From Balneolaceae bacterium (GTDB lineage: Bacteria; Bacteroidota; Rhodothermia; Balneolales; Balneolaceae): DNA of 64,000 nucleotides. The notes below the pieces were generated by a model. The model had not been told where the DNA came from. It worked only from the letters and a program-made list of their open reading frames with translations, and did not search any database. This document shows, one piece after another, positions 8,493 through 18,677 of the stretch. Each line of letters begins with the position of its first letter. Position 1 is the stretch's first letter. The stretch spans positions 297,038-361,037 of the forward strand of contig CBDETC010000002.1 in the NCBI GenBank assembly GCA_965242845.1. Reading direction: 5' to 3'. The translations under genes were made by a program, and so were the position numbers.

Positions 8493-10049
8493 CTAACTGA
8501 TCTTATTTATAGTAGCCTCAGCCACCTTCTCCCCGTCTATCGCAGCTGAAATAATTCCACCGGCATATCCCGCTCCTTCACCACAAGGAAATAAACCTTT
8601 AATTCGAATGTGTTCTAAGCTTGTTCTGTCTCTGGGAATACGCACAGGTGATGATGTTCTGGTTTCTGGAGCATGAACGATAGCTTCATTGGTTAAGTAT
8701 CCCTTCATGGATGAATCAAAAGCTTTGAAACCCTCCTGCAAATGTTGGTAGATAAAATCTGGCAATATTTCTCCTAATTCAACGGAAGTAATTCCTGGCG
8801 CATAAGAGGTTTTGTGGAGGCTTCCCGACAATTTGCCTTCCGTAAAATCCACCAGTCGCTGCGCCGGTGCCGCTTGGGTTTTCCCTCCTGCTTCCCATGC
8901 TTGTTGCTCAATAGCTTCCTGAAATTTCATAGCTGCAAGCGGGCCATATTCTGAAAAAGCTTTGAAATCCTCTTCCTTAAGTTCTACTACAATTCCCGAA
9001 TTGGCGGTAGACCGGGCTCGACGCGATGAAGACCATCCATTGGTGACAATTTCACCAGGTTGGGTTGCACAAGGAGCGACTACTCCTCCCGGGCACATAC
9101 AAAACGAATAAACCCCTCTTCCGCCAACCTGTTTTACAATACTGTATGGGGATGGGGGCAGGTACTCTCCCCGGTCCTCACAACTATATTGAATCTGATC
9201 GATGAGTTGTTGAGCATGTTCAACCCTCACCCCGATTGCCAAAGGCTTTAATTCAATTTCAATCTCTTTTTGATGGAGCAACTCGAAGATATCTCTGGCT
9301 GAATGCCCGGTAGCCAGGATTACTTTTTTTGCATTGAATGTGTCTCCATCCAAGGTCTTTACTCCCTGTATTTGATCTCCTTCAATAAGTAAATCCGTAA
9401 CCCTGGTGTTGAAATGAATTTCTCCAGCCTGAGCCAAAATACATTCCCTGATATTGGCGATGATCTTTGGGAGTTTATTGGTCCCTATATGAGGATGAGC
9501 CTCCACAAGGATATTCTTCACTGCTCCAAAACCTACTAATAGCTCCAGGATTCGTTTAACATCTCCTCTCTTTTTTGATCGGGTGTAGAGTTTACCATCT
9601 GAATAGGTTCCAGCTCCTCCTTCTCCAAAACAATAATTAGAGTCTTCATTGACGATATGATCAACATTAATTCCCTTAAGATCTTTGATGCGCTCACGTA
9701 CATCTTTTCCTCTTTCAAGGATAATGGGCTTTTTACCAAGTTCAATGAGCCGAAGCGCAGCAAATAGTCCGGCTGGTCCTGCCCCGATGATGATCACTTC
9801 CTCCTGGTTAGAAACATCGGGGTAGTCAGGAAGAGGGATGGTTTCTTCTACAAAATCCTCATTAACGAATACCTGAACTTTCAGATTGATGATTACCTGT
9901 TTTTGGCGCGCATCAATCGACCTTTTTAAAATCTCAATATGGCGAATGTCATCACCGGGAATTCCCTCTTTCTTTGAGATATAGGTCTTAAGCTCCTCAG
10001 GCTGACCGGCTATCTCCGGTAAAACTCTGAGTTGGAGTTCATTTATCAT
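8493..10049 (-). CDS. NAD(P)/FAD-dependent oxidoreductase (COG2509-like FAD-dependent protein)
   Basis: 518 aa. Has a dinucleotide-binding motif VIIIGAGPAGLFAALRL...ILERG, and the length and architecture typical of the uncharacterised FAD-dependent dehydrogenase family. Confidence 0.7.
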   Translation of the reverse strand: MINELQLRVLPEIAGQPEELKTYISKKEGIPGDDIRHIEILKRSIDARQKQVIINLKVQVFVNEDFVEETIPLPDYPDVSNQEEVIIIGAGPAGLFAALRLIELGKKPIILERGKDVRERIKDLKGINVDHIVNEDSNYCFGEGGAGTYSDGKLYTRSKKRGDVKRILELLVGFGAVKNILVEAHPHIGTNKLPKIIANIRECILAQAGEIHFNTRVTDLLIEGDQIQGVKTLDGDTFNAKKVILATGHSARDIFELLHQKEIEIELKPLAIGVRVEHAQQLIDQIQYSCEDRGEYLPPSPYSIVKQVGGRGVYSFCMCPGGVVAPCATQPGEIVTNGWSSSRRARSTANSGIVVELKEEDFKAFSEYGPLAAMKFQEAIEQQAWEAGGKTQAAPAQRLVDFTEGKLSGSLHKTSYAPGITSVELGEILPDFIYQHLQEGFKAFDSSMKGYLTNEAIVHAPETRTSSPVRIPRDRTSLEHIRIKGLFPCGEGAGYAGGIISAAIDGEKVAEATINKIS

Positions 10050-10059
10050 ACATCGATCA

Positions 10060-11427
10060 TTACTGCACCCAAAAAGGTATTACAGATTCAAATTCCAGCT
10101 TTCTGCCTAAAGAATCCCTTAAAAAATCGGAGTCATCAACAGGTTGGCGCAGTACTTCGAGTTGGTTTTTAACAGGATTCAAACTATCCGGCATATTGAA
10201 GAATCCTCGATAGCCCGCCTGATCAGTTACCGGATGCCTGGCAAAAAATAAGTCACTGGGCAGGGTATCTCTTTCATTCACTACGAACATAAAGAATTGA
10301 TTCGCACAATCAATTTTCTGTTGATTAAGACTATCGCGCCGCTGAAAACTTCGAAGGCTGTCGGCAGGTTGTTCAATCACACATAGCTTCTCCATTTTCT
10401 TATCCATCATTTTCATATATGGAATGAATAAAGACAGCATTTCACCTTTATTTATTACTGGTGATTGAATGGTAGGCTCATTAAGAAATCCTCCCTCTAG
10501 TTCCGACTCATAGAAATCGGGATTATAAGTGGCCGTTAGAGAACGATCCTGGTAAAAAGATCGACTTTCGAAAGGATTGAATTGAAGTACTCCCAGAAAT
10601 GACTTCATAAACACAGTAAAGAATACTACAAACACCGCTATTGCATAAACCTGGAATTTCTTTGAAGACAGGTTCGACATAAAAGTCAGAATCAGGTACT
10701 GGATGGGTCTGAAGATAAAGGGATAAAATATTCTTCCCGTCCACCAGCTAAGCTTAAAATGTAGCTGTGCGAATTTCTCCCTCTCTCTAAAGCGCTTCAT
10801 GTTGAGAACAAGAGAAACTACAGATAAGAGTGTTAAAACCACGGCCAGAGCTGTCAGCATAACCCTGGAATAGAACTCGAAAATATCATCGGGCATGAAC
10901 ACTTTAACCCCATTCATAAGAAGGAAAAAGATGATATACAGTGCCCCTACCCCAATCATATAAAGCACAAACAGAAACGAAACGGAAAACACCATACTGG
11001 CTAGCCTGTCCGTCGCAAGAAGAAAGGAATCCTGGTTTCCAATGCGCTTTTCCATTTCAGATTTATACAGCTCGCTATTGGGAAGCCTTTCATACTGAAT
11101 ACCATCTTTGAATACCGACATTAAGCCAATCAACCCTACCCAAAAGGCTCGAACCACAAAATGAAAGATGAAGCCAAAGTTGAGCACTTTTAATGCGGTT
11201 AAGGCTACAGATACAGCAAGCATTGGAAGCAGGTCGTCAATAATTCCGATATCTACCTGGTAATTGAACCGATAGTATTGATAGAAATTCTCCACTACTC
11301 CTGGTAGTTGAAGGGTAGCAAAAATCGCAAGACCTGAAATTAATAATTCTGGCTCCCAGCTTTGCTCGGATACCCGCTGAAGCCAACTGTGATTAAATCC
11401 CTTTTTTTCTTTTTTTGAATCAGACAA
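10060..11427 (-). CDS. polytopic membrane protein, unknown function
   Basis: 455 aa. The N-terminal two-thirds contain several hydrophobic helices and the soluble C-terminal domain is about 170 aa. No motif recognised. Confidence 0.4.
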   Translation of the reverse strand: MSDSKKEKKGFNHSWLQRVSEQSWEPELLISGLAIFATLQLPGVVENFYQYYRFNYQVDIGIIDDLLPMLAVSVALTALKVLNFGFIFHFVVRAFWVGLIGLMSVFKDGIQYERLPNSELYKSEMEKRIGNQDSFLLATDRLASMVFSVSFLFVLYMIGVGALYIIFFLLMNGVKVFMPDDIFEFYSRVMLTALAVVLTLLSVVSLVLNMKRFREREKFAQLHFKLSWWTGRIFYPFIFRPIQYLILTFMSNLSSKKFQVYAIAVFVVFFTVFMKSFLGVLQFNPFESRSFYQDRSLTATYNPDFYESELEGGFLNEPTIQSPVINKGEMLSLFIPYMKMMDKKMEKLCVIEQPADSLRSFQRRDSLNQQKIDCANQFFMFVVNERDTLPSDLFFARHPVTDQAGYRGFFNMPDSLNPVKNQLEVLRQPVDDSDFLRDSLGRKLEFESVIPFWVQ

Positions 11428-11478
11428 TGTTTAGTCCTATTTATAGTCAGATCGAATTAATTCTCAACAAATATACCA

Positions 11479-12633
11479 TTGAATTATAGCATGTCAAGAT
11501 TAGTCATTCTTATTTCTTCAATTCTGATTCTTCAATCTTCATTCCTTATAGCACAGCCTTCGCTTGATGATAAGGTATATGGACTACTCATTGGTTCTGC
11601 TATTGGTGATGCAGCAGGCGGCCCAACCGAATTCGCTCCTCCACAACGAAGCGTTTGGGCTACTACCGACCAGAAGATTACAAAGGAAGGCTTAGATGAA
11701 CTTGGTGCACTTTTCAAACTTCGGGATTATCCTCGCCCTATCGAGCCTTTTGGGGTGTGGGAGAACCAGCCTCCTGCCGGAACCATAACGGATGACACAC
11801 GATTAAAAATGATTTTCTTCGATGCACTGGAAGCTTCAGATGGAAACATCACCAAAAAAGATATGGCCAGAGCTACGCTCGCCTTTGGGAATCAGCTTCC
11901 CGAAAAGTACCAGGTTATAAATAAAGAGTGGATGACAGAAATTGGCTATGCCTCTCGCTGGGCGGTGGGAGAACGTGAAAATGCTTATCCAACAGAACGT
12001 ATTTGGGGAGGCGTCCCTACTGTAATGGGTTCTATGTCTTTCCTTCCAGTTGCTACTTTATATCCAGGTGACCCAACCGAAGCCTACAGGAAAACCTATG
12101 AGCTCGGCTATTTCGATAATGGCATCGCAAAGGATATTAATTCGGCCATCGTTGCTGGTCTAGCAAATGCACTTACTGAAGGTGCCAGCTGGGAATCGAT
12201 AATTGAAACCATAAAAACGACCGATCCTTTTAATTATAATGGCACCCTGTATGTAAACCGGGCTACTACTCAATGGCTGGATAGAGCCTTGTCTATATCT
12301 GAAAGAGCTGATGGGAGCATAGCCCAACTCTACCAGCTTCTGGAATCTGAGCTACAAACAACTTATTGGTGGGAAGCCTGGGTTCCGCTGGTCGTTGTTT
12401 TTGCCGTAGCTGATTTCACCAACGGTCATCCAATGGCTTCTATGCAAATAATCCTTGAGTTTGGTCATGATACCGATTCCTATATGCAGGTGATGGGAGC
12501 TTTTCTTGGAGCTCTTCATGGAAGCGGTGTTTTTCCAGAAGGAATGGCTGATACCGTTAATACCCAGATGAAAGCCCAGTTCGGTGAGGATATAAGTGAC
12601 TGGATGAAGCTCGTTGAGGCTTATCAAAACTAG
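11479..12633 (+). CDS. ADP-ribosylglycohydrolase-family protein with N-terminal signal peptide
   Basis: GSAIGDAAGGPTEF and ITDDTRL blocks plus a C-terminal HDTDS block, all typical of the ARH family. The N-terminus LVILISSILILQSSFLIAQ looks like a cleavable signal peptide. Confidence 0.7.
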   Translation: MNYSMSRLVILISSILILQSSFLIAQPSLDDKVYGLLIGSAIGDAAGGPTEFAPPQRSVWATTDQKITKEGLDELGALFKLRDYPRPIEPFGVWENQPPAGTITDDTRLKMIFFDALEASDGNITKKDMARATLAFGNQLPEKYQVINKEWMTEIGYASRWAVGERENAYPTERIWGGVPTVMGSMSFLPVATLYPGDPTEAYRKTYELGYFDNGIAKDINSAIVAGLANALTEGASWESIIETIKTTDPFNYNGTLYVNRATTQWLDRALSISERADGSIAQLYQLLESELQTTYWWEAWVPLVVVFAVADFTNGHPMASMQIILEFGHDTDSYMQVMGAFLGALHGSGVFPEGMADTVNTQMKAQFGEDISDWMKLVEAYQN

Positions 12634-12738
12634 ACTACTGTGAAAACTTTTATCACAATGATTTCTAGTTAGCAGCCTCTATCTTAATGTCTCTTCGGAA
12701 TAATAAACTTTAATCATAGTACCTAATAAGCCTTCTTA

Positions 12739-12762
12739 GTCATTCCTGCGAAGGCAGGAATC
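12739..12762 (+). repeat. small palindromic (REP-like) element, copy 1
   Basis: GTCATTCCTGCGAAGGCAGGAATC forms a hairpin (ATTCCTGC / GCAGGAAT). Its reverse strand reads IPAFAGMT, the signature of a widely dispersed intergenic palindrome. Confidence 0.7.
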
Positions 12763-12805
12763 TAGATTAAGCTTTCTAAGGAGAATAGTAGTTTTAATCA
12801 AAATT

Positions 12806-12833
12806 CAGATTCCGGCTTTCGCGGCGGAATGAC
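12806..12833 (-). repeat. small palindromic (REP-like) element, copy 2 (inverted)
   Basis: The reverse complement is GTCATTCCGCCGCGAAAGCCGGAATCTG, the same GTCATTCC-hairpin-GGAATCT architecture as copy 1. The flanks also share an inverted AATAAG..CCTCTT segment. Confidence 0.65.
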
Positions 12834-12898
12834 CATGCTTAATACTAAAAAGAGGCTTCTTATTCGAACACGCATCACTTTACTCAAAATCCGCTTTT

Positions 12899-14068
12899 AT
12901 GAAATCTCTATTCCCTATTCTCATTCTACTCATCGCAACAGGAATTCATTGTGATTCTAATTCTTCCAATGGAGAAGAACCAGATACTTCCACCCTGGAG
13001 CCTACTTCTCTTTTCATAGGCACCTATACCAGAGATGAAGGCTGGGTAAATGGAAAAGCAGATGGAATTTATTCTGTTTCAATTTCAGAAGATGGTTCTC
13101 TTAGTGTAGCAGGAACCGCAGCGGAAGTAATTAACCCTTCTTTTGTAGCTGTTTCACCAGATCGTAACAATCTATATGCAGTTAGCGAGCTTGGAAGAGG
13201 GAATGAGCCTACCGGATATATCCATGCTTTCACTATTGAAGAAGACGGAAGCCTGACTTTTATTGAAAAATATCCTTCTAATGCACAATCTCCTGCGCAT
13301 GTAAGCGTGGATGCAACCGGGACTATGGTTTTTGCTTCTAATTATAATGGAGGAGTGGCTGTTGTTTATGCAAGAAACGAAGATGGGAGTTTAGAGTTTA
13401 AGCAGCAGCTTGATCATGAAGGATCAGGGCCGCATCCAAATCAAAACTCTTCTCATCCTCATATGGTGAAAATCAGCCCGGATAATAATTTCTTGTTCAT
13501 TCCTGATTTGGGAAGTGATAAGGTTTGGAGTTATTCCATTGATCATAGTTCGCAAACAGTCGCGAAAACGACTCAGGAGTTTGCTACTGTGGAAGCGGGT
13601 TCTGGTCCCCGACATATGGATTTCCATCCTACCTTGAATATCGCTTATGTAATGAATGAACTGAATAGTACGGTATCAGTGTTTTCGTACAATCCTGACA
13701 ACGGAACCCTTGAAGAACTTCAGGTTATTTCAACCTTACCAGAAGGCTTTTCTGATTGGAACTCGACTGCTGATATTCATGTGCATCCATCAGGGAACTT
13801 CTTGTTTGGATCTAATCGGGGACATAATAGCATTGTGAGTTTTAGTATCAATCCTACAACAGGATTGCTTACTGAATTAGATCATACTTCTACCCAGGGT
13901 GAATTCCCCAGAAACTTTGCCCTCCTTCCAAATGGCAATCAACTTTATGTAGCCAATCAGAACACAGACGATGTGTATGTGTTCAATATCGATGGAAACA
14001 CAGGAGCTTTAAGCTACTCCGGACAGAGTTTAGAAGTGCCTACTCCGGTGTGTGTGGTGTTTTATTGA
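12899..14068 (+). CDS. lactonase, 7-bladed beta-propeller family (6-phosphogluconolactonase-like), predicted lipoprotein
   Basis: GSGPRHMDFHP and LYVANQNTDDVYVF blocks with repeated blade pattern. N-terminal signal with a Cys (ATGIHC). Confidence 0.7.
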   Translation: MKSLFPILILLIATGIHCDSNSSNGEEPDTSTLEPTSLFIGTYTRDEGWVNGKADGIYSVSISEDGSLSVAGTAAEVINPSFVAVSPDRNNLYAVSELGRGNEPTGYIHAFTIEEDGSLTFIEKYPSNAQSPAHVSVDATGTMVFASNYNGGVAVVYARNEDGSLEFKQQLDHEGSGPHPNQNSSHPHMVKISPDNNFLFIPDLGSDKVWSYSIDHSSQTVAKTTQEFATVEAGSGPRHMDFHPTLNIAYVMNELNSTVSVFSYNPDNGTLEELQVISTLPEGFSDWNSTADIHVHPSGNFLFGSNRGHNSIVSFSINPTTGLLTELDHTSTQGEFPRNFALLPNGNQLYVANQNTDDVYVFNIDGNTGALSYSGQSLEVPTPVCVVFY

Positions 14069-14085
14069 TTTCTGTTTCGAGTCTT

Positions 14086-14658
14086 TTACCCAAAGCTCTT
14101 CAGCAAGATAAATACCAGTACCCCAGTCACTGAAACATATAGCCAGATTGGGAAGGTCCATTTTGAAACTTTGCGGTGTGTTTCAAATTTACCGGAAAAG
14201 GCGAAGAAGAAACTAGAAAGCACGAGAGGCACTACAAACACTGATAGCACGATGTGTGTTATCAATATGAAGAAGTAGATGGGTCTGATAAACCCTTCTC
14301 CCATGAACTTGGTATCCCCTACAAAATTATGATAGATCACATAGCTAACGAGGAATAAAGCCGAGGTAATAAAAGCGCTGATCATAAACCTCATGTGCTT
14401 CACATAATTCCTTCTTTTAATCTCCCGGAATCCCAACAAAAGAAATATGGTGCTTAACGCATTGAACGATGCATTCAATGCAGAGAGATTTTTCACCCAT
14501 GGAATTTCTGAAGCAGCCGGAGCCTTGAAATAGATCAGCCAAAAAAGAAATACTAAAGCTAGTACACTTACTCCTATTATTATGCCTAGCGCACGCTTTG
14601 TATTAACCTGTTCAAAAACTTTTAAGCTGTCCGGAAGTTCTACTTCGTGTTGCATCAA
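14086..14658 (-). CDS. DUF420 membrane protein (CtaM-like)
   Basis: 190 aa with 4-5 TM helices. The block LNASFNALSTIFLLLGFREIKRRNYVKHMRFMISAFITSALFLVSYVIYH matches the DUF420 pattern. Divergent from actA. Confidence 0.65.
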   Translation of the reverse strand: MMQHEVELPDSLKVFEQVNTKRALGIIIGVSVLALVFLFWLIYFKAPAASEIPWVKNLSALNASFNALSTIFLLLGFREIKRRNYVKHMRFMISAFITSALFLVSYVIYHNFVGDTKFMGEGFIRPIYFFILITHIVLSVFVVPLVLSSFFFAFSGKFETHRKVSKWTFPIWLYVSVTGVLVFILLKSFG

Positions 14659-14946
14659 TTAATTTATTTAATCCATTCTCTGTTGAGCGCCTTAAAGTTA
14701 AGGTAAACTTGCGCCAGTATTTGTCTTATTTCGTTTTATGAACCAAGTTTTTTGACGAAATGTTCTTATCTTCGCGACTAAAATTTTACTAACTAGTTCA
14801 TACTTCAAACCCGAGTTATTTAGAACGGATTTAAATAAGGGAAAGACCGCACTAACAGTACAATTCGAGTTAAAAATTCGATAGTTTTGCCCGGCTTCTT
14901 ATTGAGCATTCAAGCTCAGGTTTGAAAATAAAAATCAGCATTTTTT

Positions 14947-15591
14947 ATGGCGCAGATTTTCCCTAAGTGGACAAATCAAGTTCCTCGAAAATTACTAATC
15001 GGACTTATCGTCACTGCGAACGCAGTTATTCTTGGAATTTGGTACTTCTTCTCACCCGAATTTACCGATGTAGGTTACGCACCTGTTCAACCGGTTCCTT
15101 ACTCACACAAAATACATGTAGACAAACTTGGGCTCGATTGCCAATACTGTCACACATCTGTGTTTGAGTCTAAGCAGGCTAATGTTCCGCCTACTCAGAC
15201 TTGTATGAACTGCCATAATCAGATCAAAACGGACAGTGAGAAACTTGCTCCTATCCGTGAAAGCTGGGAAACTGGTAAACCAGTTGAATGGGTAAGAGTA
15301 AACAATCTTGCAGATTACGCTTACTTCAACCATGCTGCCCATGTAAATGTGGGAGTAGGCTGCGAAAGCTGCCATGGAAGAATTGACAAAATGGATGTGG
15401 TGTATCAAGCTGAACCATTAAGTATGAGTTGGTGCCTCGATTGCCATAGAGAACCCGAGAAGTATCTCCGCCCTGTTGAAGAAGTAACCACTATGGGTTA
15501 CAAAGCGGAGAACCAAAAAATACTTGGAAGCGAATTAGTTAAGAAAAATAATGTAAGCCCTCCTCAGTATTGCCAGGGCTGTCATTATTAA
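14947..15591 (+). CDS. actA: Alternative Complex III subunit ActA, pentahaem cytochrome c
   Basis: N-terminal TM anchor and five CXXCH motifs (CQYCH, CMNCH, CESCH, CLDCH, CQGCH). First gene of the act cluster. Confidence 0.85.
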   Translation: MAQIFPKWTNQVPRKLLIGLIVTANAVILGIWYFFSPEFTDVGYAPVQPVPYSHKIHVDKLGLDCQYCHTSVFESKQANVPPTQTCMNCHNQIKTDSEKLAPIRESWETGKPVEWVRVNNLADYAYFNHAAHVNVGVGCESCHGRIDKMDVVYQAEPLSMSWCLDCHREPEKYLRPVEEVTTMGYKAENQKILGSELVKKNNVSPPQYCQGCHY

Positions 15592-15623
15592 TAAGAAAGG
15601 ATAGTTGAACTTATAATCATCCA

Positions 15624-18600
15624 ATGAGCGAAGTTACACAGAATACATACTGGAAAAGCTTAAACGAATTAGCTCAGAATAAAGAATATCAAAATTTTGT
15701 TGAGCGTGAATTCCCTGAGAATGCCACTGAATTAAAAGATGGTGTTTCTAGAAAAGGATTCCTCCGAGTGATGGGAGCGTCTATCGCACTTGCAGGTTTT
15801 GCTGCATGCCGTCGACCGGTTCAAAAAATTCTTCCTTATTCTCAACAACCTGAAGACATTGTTCCCGGCATTCCTCTTTTTTATGCTACTGCAATGCCAT
15901 TTCAGGGTAACCTTACTGGGTTAGTGGTTGAAAACCACCAGGGACGACCAACTAAAGTTGAAGGAAATGACCTTCACCCTGCCAGTTCAGGAAATACCAA
16001 TTCTTATCATCAGGCATCAATCCTTGAAATGTATGATCCTGATCGCTCAAGAGGGCCGCTTCGTAATGGAAGTAAAGCCACAACGGACGAATTTATTAGC
16101 TTTGCTGGCGAGCATTTCTCTGATACAAATAAAAATATCCTATTTATATCAGAAGCCAATTCTTCCCCAACCTTCCAGGCACTTAAAGAAGAAGCACTAA
16201 ACAAATTCAGAAATGCCAGCTGGGTTACTTTCGAACCTTTTGGTGAGAATGCTATTGTTGAGGGAACCCAAATCGCTTTCGGAAGCAGACTCCGTACTCT
16301 ATATAATTACACGAACGCAGATGTAATTGTATCTCTGGACGATGACTTCCTTTCTCCTACGCATCCTAATAATGTTGAATACGCTCAGCAAGTTACGTCA
16401 CGAAGAAAAGTAACTAGCACCAGTGATTCAATGAGCCGAATCTATTCTGTTGAGAATGGATTTACTCTTACTGGCTCCTATGCAGATAACAGGCTAAGAG
16501 TCAAAGCTAGCGAAATTGAAGCTTTTGCAAATGCATTAGCAGGAGAGCTTTCTTCTAGAATTAGCGGACTTAACGCATTCAGTGAGGTTAATAACCCCTT
16601 CTCTGGAAGTGATTTTATTACGGTGATGGCTGATGATCTTGCTTCTAATGCAGGACGTTGCGCAGTTTCTATTGGTTTTGATCATTCACCGAGTGCTCAC
16701 GCTATCATCAATGCAATCAATGTGGCATTAGATAATGTTGGAAGCACTGTAAGTTATCTTGAAGTTCCATCCATTGATGATCAAAGTAATTTTGAAGCAT
16801 TTTCTAGTGCAGTAGCTGCACTTAATGCAGGTGATGTTGATACTGTTGTATTACTCAATACGAATCCCGTATTCACTGCTCCTGCTGATTTATCTTTTGC
16901 AAGTGCTCTTTCAAACGCTGGAGAAGTAATTCAGTTCGGAAGTTATAGAGATGAGAGCTCTAAAAATGCAAACTGGCATGTAGCTCGCTCTCATTACCTT
17001 GAGGCTTGGGGTGATGGATACTCATTCGGTGGTGCACGTTCTGTAATTCAACCACAGATTCAGCCATTATATGACTCTTTAAGTGATATCGAATTCCTTG
17101 GCGCTATTGTAAATGGAGAGAAAGTGTCTGGCCATGACCTGGTTAAAAACACTTTCAATGGATTTTACCGCACGAATTTTGAAAATCGCTGGAAAGATAT
17201 CCTTCACGATGGAATTGACATCACTGATGGATATAGAGCTGCGAATGTTCGACTAAGATCAGTTTCCTCGACCGATACCGCTCCTATTAATGGTATTGAA
17301 GTAGTAATTCGACCGGACTACTCTATTTATGATGGTCGCTTTGCAAACAATGGTTGGCTACAGGAACTCCCAGATCCGATGACTAAAATTACCTGGGATA
17401 ATGTTGCGCTTATGAGCCCAACTACTGCAGCAAGCATGGGCATTGAAAATGAAGACCTTGTTAATGTAGCAGTAAATGGAGCTGCGATCACTATTGCGGC
17501 ATGGATACAGCCAGGTCATGCTGATGATTCCATTACACTTAATGCAGGTTATGGAAAAGAAGGTATTGGACGTGTAGCTGACGTAACTTCTGATAGTTCT
17601 CAGCTTTTTGATAGTTCGATGGTATCAGGTGGAGTGAATGTATATCCCCTGGTACAGTCAAATGCTCTTCTATTTAATTCAGGAAGTATTTCAAAAGCTG
17701 GTGGCACTTACAGCATCGCTTGTGTTCAAGATCATCACAGTCTGGAAGGTCGTGATATGTATCGTCAGGCTACGCTTGAGAAATACAAGAAAACACCTGA
17801 ATACGCTTCATTCGCCTATGTTCATAAATATGAAGTTCCTGGTCAAAAGGAAGCAAATGAAAAAGGTGAAGATGATCTTATCTCCCTCTTTGATGAGCAA
17901 ACATACCCTGACTATGAGCCACAATGGGGAATGGCCATTGATTTGAACTCATGTTTTGGTTGTGGTGTATGTATTATTGCCTGCCAAAGTGAGAATAACA
18001 TTCCTGTTATTGGAAAAAGGGAAGTTAGTCGCGGTCGTGAAATGCATTGGATCAGAAATGACCGCTATTATATGGGCGACGAGCATGATCCTCAGGCAGT
18101 TCATCAGCCTGTTCCTTGTATGCACTGCGAATTGGCTCCTTGCGAGCAGGTTTGTCCGGTAGCTGCTACTACGCATAGTGATGACGGAATGAACCAAATG
18201 ACTTACAACCGCTGTATTGGTACTCGTTATTGCGCAAACAACTGCCCATTCAAGGTTAGAAGATTCAACTTCTTCAACTACCCAAAAGAATATCTGACTA
18301 CCGGAGAAGATCCAGATATCATCCAAATGGCGATGAATCCTGAAGTAACTGTTCGTTTCAGAGGGGTAATGGAAAAATGTACGTACTGTGTACAACGAGT
18401 TAACCGGGCGAAAATCAATACTAAAATTGAAACTGGTTCTCCAAAGCCTGCAGATGGCACTGTGCAAACGGCTTGTCAGCAAGCTTGTCCTGCTGATGCC
18501 ATTTATTTTGGAGACTTGACTGATAAGGACAGCGAAGTTTCAAAAATGAAGTACAACGAAAGAAATTATCTGATGCTGGAAGAACTGAATGTTCGTCCAA

Positions 18601-18677
18601 GAACATCTTATATCGCCAAATTGACCAATCCGAATCCGGCATTGGTAGATGAGTCTAAACAGGAAGCTGCCCACTAA
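15624..18677 (+). CDS. actB: ACIII subunit ActB (molybdopterin-oxidoreductase-like domain fused to a 4Fe-4S ferredoxin domain, Tat-variant signal)
   Basis: 1017 aa. Tat-like [17 protein letters not shown], with RK in place of RR. The C-terminal third has Cys clusters [37 protein letters not shown] and CQQACP. Confidence 0.85.
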   Translation: MSEVTQNTYWKSLNELAQNKEYQNFVEREFPENATELKDGVSRKGFLRVMGASIALAGFAACRRPVQKILPYSQQPEDIVPGIPLFYATAMPFQGNLTGLVVENHQGRPTKVEGNDLHPASSGNTNSYHQASILEMYDPDRSRGPLRNGSKATTDEFISFAGEHFSDTNKNILFISEANSSPTFQALKEEALNKFRNASWVTFEPFGENAIVEGTQIAFGSRLRTLYNYTNADVIVSLDDDFLSPTHPNNVEYAQQVTSRRKVTSTSDSMSRIYSVENGFTLTGSYADNRLRVKASEIEAFANALAGELSSRISGLNAFSEVNNPFSGSDFITVMADDLASNAGRCAVSIGFDHSPSAHAIINAINVALDNVGSTVSYLEVPSIDDQSNFEAFSSAVAALNAGDVDTVVLLNTNPVFTAPADLSFASALSNAGEVIQFGSYRDESSKNANWHVARSHYLEAWGDGYSFGGARSVIQPQIQPLYDSLSDIEFLGAIVNGEKVSGHDLVKNTFNGFYRTNFENRWKDILHDGIDITDGYRAANVRLRSVSSTDTAPINGIEVVIRPDYSIYDGRFANNGWLQELPDPMTKITWDNVALMSPTTAASMGIENEDLVNVAVNGAAITIAAWIQPGHADDSITLNAGYGKEGIGRVADVTSDSSQLFDSSMVSGGVNVYPLVQSNALLFNSGSISKAGGTYSIACVQDHHSLEGRDMYRQATLEKYKKTPEYASFAYVHKYEVPGQKEANEKGEDDLISLFDEQTYPDYEPQWGMAIDLNSCFGCGVCIIACQSENNIPVIGKREVSRGREMHWIRNDRYYMGDEHDPQAVHQPVPCMHCELAPCEQVCPVAATTHSDDGMNQMTYNRCIGTRYCANNCPFKVRRFNFFNYPKEYLTTGEDPDIIQMAMNPEVTVRFRGVMEKCTYCVQRVNRAKINTKIETGSPKPADGTVQTACQQACPADAIYFGDLTDKDSEVSKMKYNERNYLMLEELNVRPRTSYIAKLTNPNPALVDESKQEAAH

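Noticed and set aside
14752-14889. Possible promoter elements upstream of actA: TTGACG (14752-14757) with TAAAAT (14779-14784), and a Bacteroidetes-type -7 box TAgtTTTG (14882-14889). A similar TAtcTTTG (60717-60724) lies 28 nt upstream of wzc.
   Set aside because: The sigma70-like pair is 21 nt apart, which is too far. TAnnTTTG is a low-information motif in AT-rich DNA, and I found no convincing -33 element. I also do not know which sigma-A type this lineage uses. These are worth testing by 5'-RACE but are not reportable as features.
17949-18482. Long antisense or out-of-frame ORFs inside well-supported genes, for example 17949-18482(-), 25894-26274(-), 33591-33911(+), 55452-55775(+), 57256-57594(+), 15103-15408(-) and 62477-62794(-).
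   Set aside because: Each lies wholly within a gene that has strong family motifs on the other strand or frame. Their translations are low-complexity or unrecognisable, so they are shadow ORFs.
15624-18677. ActB as a functional molybdoenzyme, such as a polysulfide or tetrathionate reductase.
   Set aside because: The flanking genes (pentahaem ActA, ActC-F, then the oxidase) identify it as ACIII. The MopB-like domain of ACIII is known to lack the molybdenum cofactor.
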